From Candidatus Melainabacteria bacterium (GTDB taxonomy: Bacteria; Cyanobacteriota; Vampirovibrionia; LMEP-6097): DNA of 57,221 nucleotides. Shown piece after piece: positions 52,706-57,221 of the stretch. The position numbers and the translations under genes were made by a program. Within the stretch, counting starts at the first letter, position 1. Every line of letters begins with the position of its first letter. Where the stretch lies: positions 1 to 57,221 of the forward strand of contig JAPPOW010000230.1 in NCBI GenBank assembly GCA_028817775.1. The letters are read 5' to 3'. A model generated the notes under the pieces. The model did no database searches, was not told the DNA's origin, and was given only the letters and a program-made list of their open reading frames with translations.

Positions 52706-53443
52706 ATGAAAACCCTCATGAGTGAAAAACACATCTATATTGATCTAGAAACCACTGGCTTGAACGCCAACCAGGACCGGATTTGCCAGATTGGGGTGAT
52801 ACTTGATGATGGCAGGGAAATTAGTAGTTTGGTCAATCCTGAGATGAATATTCCAAAGCAAGTTAGTGACTTGCATGGCATCACCAATGAAAGGGTTGTT
52901 GACGCACCAAAGTTTGTCGATTTGGCGGCTCAATTAGTTGAGGAGCTTGAAGCAGCACAAGTATTTGTGGCTTACAACTATGCCTTTGATTTTCAATTCT
53001 TACAAAACGAATTGTTTAGAACAGTGCAGTATGAATTGCGTGAGGATAGTTTCGTATTTCTCGATCCTTATAAGATTTTCAAGACCATGTTTCCGCATAA
53101 TTTGAGCAATGCTTATAAGTTCTATACTGGTAAAGAATTGGATGGTGCTCATGATGCAATCAATGATATCCGCGCAACCAAAGAAATTCTGGCTGCACAG
53201 CAAAATCAATACGCTGAACTATTTGCGCGCGGGCTTAAAACTGTCGAGCAGAAAACTATCGGTGATACTTCTATCCTAGGCAAGTGGTTTAGAACCGAGA
53301 ATTCTGATGTTTGTTTTCGTCAGGGTAAACACCGGGGTGAGACAGTGGCCAAGGTCCACCGAGACTACCTTAAGTGGATATACTCATTAGAAGATATCAG
53401 CATGTCTGAGCGTAGATTTATCTCCAAATTCATTAACGCCTAG
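52706..53443 (+). CDS. DEDDh 3'-5' exonuclease (DnaQ/ExoX-like) with an ExoX-type C-terminal domain
   Basis: Exo I YIDLETTGL, Exo II VAYNYAFDFQFL, Exo III HDAINDIRATKEIL. The C-terminal FRQGKHRGETVAKVHRDYLKWIY resembles the small domain found after ExoX-like nucleases. Confidence 0.8.
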   Translation: MKTLMSEKHIYIDLETTGLNANQDRICQIGVILDDGREISSLVNPEMNIPKQVSDLHGITNERVVDAPKFVDLAAQLVEELEAAQVFVAYNYAFDFQFLQNELFRTVQYELREDSFVFLDPYKIFKTMFPHNLSNAYKFYTGKELDGAHDAINDIRATKEILAAQQNQYAELFARGLKTVEQKTIGDTSILGKWFRTENSDVCFRQGKHRGETVAKVHRDYLKWIYSLEDISMSERRFISKFINA

Positions 53444-53518
53444 GGGAAACCCCTGGCAAAATTAAGGCCGATATTTGTCAAATTACTGAGCTTTTGGTCC
53501 TTATATTAAAGGACGGAC

Positions 53519-54082
53519 TTGAATTACGATGAGGTAATTTATTTAATGGCGCAAGCAGATACTATTGAATCGAGATTTATTTTTAAGCAGAAGACGGCTT
53601 CTGCACTCAATTTTATTTCTGACGGTGAAGGGCAGACCTTAGGTTTCTCCAAAACTGACGAGGGTAACAATATCATTTATACCAAAGATCTTGAAGGTAT
53701 TGATGTGGCGATTGAGCACTATCCTGATGGCACCAAAGTTTTTCATATGGAGAAGGATAGCAAGGGTTTGCCAGCGATGCATGAATTCAAACCAGATGGT
53801 ACCGAGTATATTTATTTATTTGACTCTAAAAAACGTCTTGAAAAAATGGTTGAGATGAAAACCAATGGTGATAAGGTTACAACTTGGTTCTCAGTTCGAG
53901 GTGAAAGTATTAGACAAGAGCAAAGGCAACAAGGTGGTATCCTGTTTTCAATGGAATCCAAGGGTAATAAGGCTACGGTTTGGTTGCGCATTGATGGTTC
54001 GATAGAAAGCAGTGGCTATCCGCAATTGATTGCTCATCTTAAAATGGTCTTTTCGAAGTTTTTAGATGGATTGGAACTTTAA
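53519..54082 (+). CDS. Hypothetical protein, paralog of 51974..52531
   Basis: 187 aa. See the paralog entry. TTG start. Confidence 0.6.
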   Translation: MNYDEVIYLMAQADTIESRFIFKQKTASALNFISDGEGQTLGFSKTDEGNNIIYTKDLEGIDVAIEHYPDGTKVFHMEKDSKGLPAMHEFKPDGTEYIYLFDSKKRLEKMVEMKTNGDKVTTWFSVRGESIRQEQRQQGGILFSMESKGNKATVWLRIDGSIESSGYPQLIAHLKMVFSKFLDGLEL

Positions 54083-54089
54083 TTTTAGA

Positions 54090-54218
54090 TAGCATATGGT
54101 CGTTTCACTCCCTGCGTATGGCACTTCGTGCCTGCAAATTCTGCGCTGCAAATAGCAGGCGAAGCCATACGCAGGAGCTTTAGCTCCATATGCAGGGAGT
54201 GAAACGACCATATGCTAT
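54090..54218. repeat. 129-bp composite palindrome (27-bp perfect outer stem plus nested inner stems) between convergent genes
   Basis: ATAGCATATGGTCGTTTCACTCCCTGC (54090-54116) is the exact reverse complement of 54192-54218. Inner pairs GTATGGC/GCCATAC and TGCCTGC/GCAGGC. The bioF stop codon lies in the right arm. Confidence 0.85.
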
Positions 54219-55348
54219 TTACGAAGTAACCCCGCAACCCTCTCAATATCCCCAGCTTCATGAATAGAATTAATACAAATCCTTAAACGAGGATTAGGCA
54301 CTGTTGGTGGTCTAATTGCCACAACTAGGTAACCCGCTTCTTCTAACTCTTTGGCTTTAGCTTGAGCAGCTTCAGTGCTTGGCATATGAATTGCAAATAT
54401 CGGAGTGCCTTCGTTTGAGTAGTTGATCAATGCATTGGATTGCCACGTAGAGCTACGCTCTCCTCGCAATGACGTTTCAAACAACTCAATATTTTTTTGT
54501 AATTGATCACGCAATTCTTTACCTGCTGAAATTTCTTGCAAATGTTTAAGTGCAATTTGAGCTTGCAATGGAGGGTTTGCTGTTGAATAAATAAATGTTC
54601 GTGATTTGTTCTTGAGAAATTCAATTAATTCCTTGGAGCCAGCTATATAACCGCCTTCGAGCCCACCAGCTTTGGAGAGAGTACCCATTTGCACCACTAT
54701 ATTGTCCTTGGTGATCTTGCCAGCTTCAACTAATTCTTCAACCAAGCCAGCCCCATGGGAGCCAAGTACTCCAGTGCCATGAGCTTCATCGATATAGATG
54801 GAGGCATTGTTGGCTTGAGCAATTTCATTAATTTCGGGAAGTTTAGCTTTGTCACCATCCATACTGAAGACTGATTCAGTAACGATGAGTGATTTCTTGC
54901 CTTTGCTGCGGTGTTCTTGAATTAATTCTGCTAGATGTTTTGTGTTGTTGTGCTTATAGAAATATTTTTTAGCGCCGCTGAGTCTGATGCCATCTAAGAT
55001 ACAAGCATGGACATATTCATCAGCAAAAACAATATCGCGTGAGTTAAGAATTACAGAAAGTGTGCCGAGGTTAGCCATATAGCCGCAGTTGAAAATTAAG
55101 GCTGCTTCAGCCCCCTTCCACTGAGCGATAAAGTTTTCTAATTCTATGTGTTCATTGAATGTGCCACTAGTGATGCGTGAAGCACTAGCTCCGCGACGTG
55201 AAGCTGTCAGTGATAAGTCTCTGCGAGCTAAGCCTAAGTAATCATTAGAGCTAAAACTAATTAGATTAGAATCATAAACTTGTGCTTGGCGGTATAGATT
55301 TTTCTCACGCGCCTTGTTTAACTCTTCACTAAAGAACTCATTAAACAT
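54215..55348 (-). CDS. bioF: 8-amino-7-oxononanoate synthase-like PLP-dependent acyltransferase (BioF/Kbl family)
   Basis: [47 protein letters not shown] (PLP lysine). Start ATG 55348 overlaps the ubiX stop (ATGTTTAA). The ORF-track extension to 55516 runs into ubiX. Confidence 0.8.
   Translation of the reverse strand: MFNEFFSEELNKAREKNLYRQAQVYDSNLISFSSNDYLGLARRDLSLTASRRGASASRITSGTFNEHIELENFIAQWKGAEAALIFNCGYMANLGTLSVILNSRDIVFADEYVHACILDGIRLSGAKKYFYKHNNTKHLAELIQEHRSKGKKSLIVTESVFSMDGDKAKLPEINEIAQANNASIYIDEAHGTGVLGSHGAGLVEELVEAGKITKDNIVVQMGTLSKAGGLEGGYIAGSKELIEFLKNKSRTFIYSTANPPLQAQIALKHLQEISAGKELRDQLQKNIELFETSLRGERSSTWQSNALINYSNEGTPIFAIHMPSTEAAQAKAKELEEAGYLVVAIRPPTVPNPRLRICINSIHEAGDIERVAGLLRK
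54437..54473 (-). repeat. Family-A hairpin element, TTGC/GCAA variant (A11), in-frame inside bioF
   Basis: Minus read GTC-ATTGC-GAGGAGAGCGTAGCTCTACGTG-GCAAT-CC, translated [12 protein letters not shown]. Confidence 0.75.
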
Positions 55349-56216
55349 TGGCGTAACTTGGTGACTGCCGAGCTTGATCCCAGCGGTTGAAGTTCTCGTT
55401 TTCAATTCCAAAAACATCAAGCGCTTTGCCGCAAACAAATTTGACCATATCATCAATGCTTTGTGGTTTTTTGTAGAAGCCTGGACTTGCTGGTAGGACG
55501 ATTGCTCCCATCTCACTAAGCTTAAGCATATTAGTCAGGTGAATTGAACTAAGCGGGGTTTCACGTGCCATCAAAACTAGCTTACGACGCTCTTTGAGAC
55601 AAACATCAGCCGCTCTTGCAATCAAGTTATTAGAAGTGCCTGCTGCAATATTAGCGATACTGCCCATGCTACAAGGTGCAATGATCATACCTTGACTTTT
55701 GTAAGAACCTGAAGCGATTGAAGCCGTGATATCATCTGCTGCCCATAAAGTTAGCTCATGGCTGGTAGCTGATGCTTGATGGCTACTTTGGCTATAGCTT
55801 GGACTAGTTGTAGTTGGAGTAGCTTCGTTGAGGTCGTATGACAAACCTTGCTTGTATTTATTTTTTAATTCACGCTTACGTTTGAGTTCTAATTTTTTTT
55901 CTTCTATTTTTGAGGAGATACTTGTTTGTCTTGGACTAGGGTTTGGACTTGGAGTCCCAAAACTGGATTGCTTCGTCACTAGCGTTCCTCGCAATGACGA
56001 CCCGGTGCCAACATAATTTAAGATTTGTGACTTGCGCTGCTCCAGTTCGCCGTAGAGTTCTAGTCCGAGTTCGTGTTTAGCTACTTTGGTGGCGTTCTCT
56101 GAGAGTACTAGGTCTATCTTTTGCCCTTGTTGGAGCAAAAACTTGAGCAAGGCAAATCCATAAGGAGCTCCGCTGGCTCCGGTGATGGCTAAGGTGATGG
56201 GTTTACTTTGAGTCAT
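55341..56216 (-). CDS. ubiX: Flavin prenyltransferase UbiX with a ~85-aa low-complexity insertion
   Basis: [14 protein letters not shown] at the N-terminus. From [33 protein letters not shown]...[20 protein letters not shown]...[13 protein letters not shown] onward it is colinear with E. coli UbiX as recalled from memory. Residues ~70-153 have no counterpart. Confidence 0.88.
   Translation of the reverse strand: MTQSKPITLAITGASGAPYGFALLKFLLQQGQKIDLVLSENATKVAKHELGLELYGELEQRKSQILNYVGTGSSLRGTLVTKQSSFGTPSPNPSPRQTSISSKIEEKKLELKRKRELKNKYKQGLSYDLNEATPTTTSPSYSQSSHQASATSHELTLWAADDITASIASGSYKSQGMIIAPCSMGSIANIAAGTSNNLIARAADVCLKERRKLVLMARETPLSSIHLTNMLKLSEMGAIVLPASPGFYKKPQSIDDMVKFVCGKALDVFGIENENFNRWDQARQSPSYANV
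55965..55998 (-). repeat. Family-A hairpin element, TTGC/GCAA variant (A12), in-frame at the start of the UbiX insertion
   Basis: Minus read GTC-ATTGC-GAGGAACGCTAGTGACGAA-GCAAT-CC, translated [11 protein letters not shown]. Same reading frame as the bioF copy. Confidence 0.75.
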
Positions 56217-56276
56217 GGTAAGAAAATAGATGCTGGGTATAATGGCTTAGTATCAAGTTTAACAGACCCACAAAAG

Positions 56277-57050
56277 ATGCACAAAATTAACAACGATGAC
56301 CTGGGCAAAATAGGTGCGATCACTCTGATCGGTCTGGTGGCCCTTACAATGTTTATCTTTTGGCTTAAAGGTCATAAGATACATAATTACGATAGCTTTA
56401 GTTTTTATTTCCGTAATGTCAATGGTCTTGAGGAAGGTGCAGCGTTGCGCTGGAATGGTCTCAAGATTGGGGTGGTTGAAAGTACTGAAGCGGTTGAAGA
56501 AAGTTTTGATCAGGATCCATTTCCGGCACAAGCTTTGATTGATCTTGGTAAGCGTCATCTTGCTAAGGCTGAAGACTTACTCAAAAGTGGTCGTATTGAA
56601 GATTTGGTGGTGGCTCGTGAGGAAATCAATAAAGCTCAACTAGAAATCACTTTGGGTAAAGCTAGTAATTTGCAAACTGAAATTACAGCTGGTGAGTTTG
56701 TGCAAGTTAATGTAGTTGTCACCACACCTAATGTACCGATTGGTCCACTCAATCAGGTAACCATTGTGCCATCTGGTTTGATTGGTGAGCAGTACGTTGA
56801 TATCACCACCATTCAAATTGATGAAAGTTACAAGCGTCGCTTTGATTGTTCGATTCCTCGTTTTGTAGTTCTCGAACCGGTACGCCTTGATAGTTTGATT
56901 CGCGCTAATGTTGAATCTGCTGAAGCGATTACTCATTTGTCTAATCGTCTCAATGCCCTCTTTGGTGAAGAGGATGCTGAGAACGTCAAAGGTCTGATCA
57001 AGAATCTAGAGAACTTGACTAAGAACTTTAAGATTTGGAAGTTGTTCTAA
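56277..57050 (+). CDS. MlaD/Mce-domain protein
   Basis: N-terminal TM (IGAITLIGLVALTMFIFWL), then YDSFSFYFRNVNGLEEGAALRWNGLKIGVVES, typical of MlaD. Start ATG 56277. The ORF-track TTG 56208 would overlap the divergent ubiX start. Confidence 0.75.
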   Translation: MHKINNDDLGKIGAITLIGLVALTMFIFWLKGHKIHNYDSFSFYFRNVNGLEEGAALRWNGLKIGVVESTEAVEESFDQDPFPAQALIDLGKRHLAKAEDLLKSGRIEDLVVAREEINKAQLEITLGKASNLQTEITAGEFVQVNVVVTTPNVPIGPLNQVTIVPSGLIGEQYVDITTIQIDESYKRRFDCSIPRFVVLEPVRLDSLIRANVESAEAITHLSNRLNALFGEEDAENVKGLIKNLENLTKNFKIWKLF

Positions 57051-57220
57051 ACTGCTTCTTTGCTAAATACATTGAAGTATTGAGTACAGAAATCTTCAAA
57101 GCCCATCCCTGAAGATTCAACAATTATTCTTGCTTGATTAAGTATTGTTGTCCATGCACCATGGTCTAGAATTTTTTGTAGAGTCTTTGGGCTAGAGCCA
57201 AGACGTTGGCTTAGGGTACT
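57047..57220 (-). CDS. 3' end of a gene running off the window (57 C-terminal residues)
   Basis: Own translation of the minus strand: ...STLSQRLGSSPKTLQKILDHGAWTTILNQARIIVESSGMGFEDFCTQYFNVFSKEAV*. Open to the window edge and below the ORF-track length cut-off. The first part looks HTH-like. Confidence 0.35.
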   Translation of the reverse strand, partial: STLSQRLGSSPKTLQKILDHGAWTTILNQARIIVESSGMGFEDFCTQYFNVFSKEAV

Positions 57221-57221
57221 A

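Noticed and set aside
1-57221. Whole window as a mobile island or prophage
   Set aside because: No integrase, transposase, phage structural, conjugation or plasmid genes are present. tRNA-Ala is not flanked by direct repeats that I could see. Housekeeping genes are spread evenly across the window.

Overview
57.2-kb AT-rich (about 40% GC by eye) bacterial chromosomal segment. It is densely coded on both strands with standard stop codons. No rRNA, CRISPR array, transposase, integrase or phage genes are visible. The taxon cannot be fixed from sequence alone. The gene content (Firmicute-like FlgE N-terminus, LCP protein, porin-like OMP, long NusB) fits a flagellated, non-photosynthetic cyanobacteria-related or similar lineage, but that is a guess.

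Housekeeping genes are confidently recognisable: rsmI, hisB, nadA, rpmF, rpmH-rnpA, tsaD, trpB, nusB, bioF, ubiX, feoAB, flgE plus a rod-family gene, a ktrB/trkH-type transporter, M3 and M17 peptidases, an LCP+GT2 pair, an OppB-like permease and family-5 SBP, and tRNA-Ala(UGC). About 15 lineage-specific hypothetical proteins are interspersed among them.

Three things stand out:
1. A minus-strand RiPP operon at 1266..4809. It encodes a Sec-signal precursor with six Cys at exact 5-residue spacing (HKCGEGKCGEH-ECGEHECGE-HKCGEGKCGEH), a DUF692/MNIO enzyme, a DUF2063 partner and an unassigned 501-aa protein. It belongs to the known oxazolin/bufferin class but has unexplained features. A porin-like OMP and a secreted His-rich protein lie next to it.
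2. Two families of small structured repeats are very abundant. Family A is a ~35-45 nt hairpin, GTC-stem-GAGG-minihairpin-ACG-stem-CC. Family B is 100-150 bp, with a conserved core and copy-specific outer stems. Both show compensatory base changes between copies. Both occur translated in-frame inside conserved enzymes (trpB, ubiX, bioF, rlmD-like, the MNIO gene) and in places donate start or stop codons.
3. Several oddities are best seen by reading motifs:
- an SGNH-fold protein with Ser, Asp and His all replaced by Asn, abutting ktrB;
- a Fic protein with a degenerate motif;
- a DUF4143 ATPase split by an in-frame TAA;
- a diverged paralog pair flanking an ExoX-like exonuclease.

All functional calls come from motif reading of the supplied translations. 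No database search was run.
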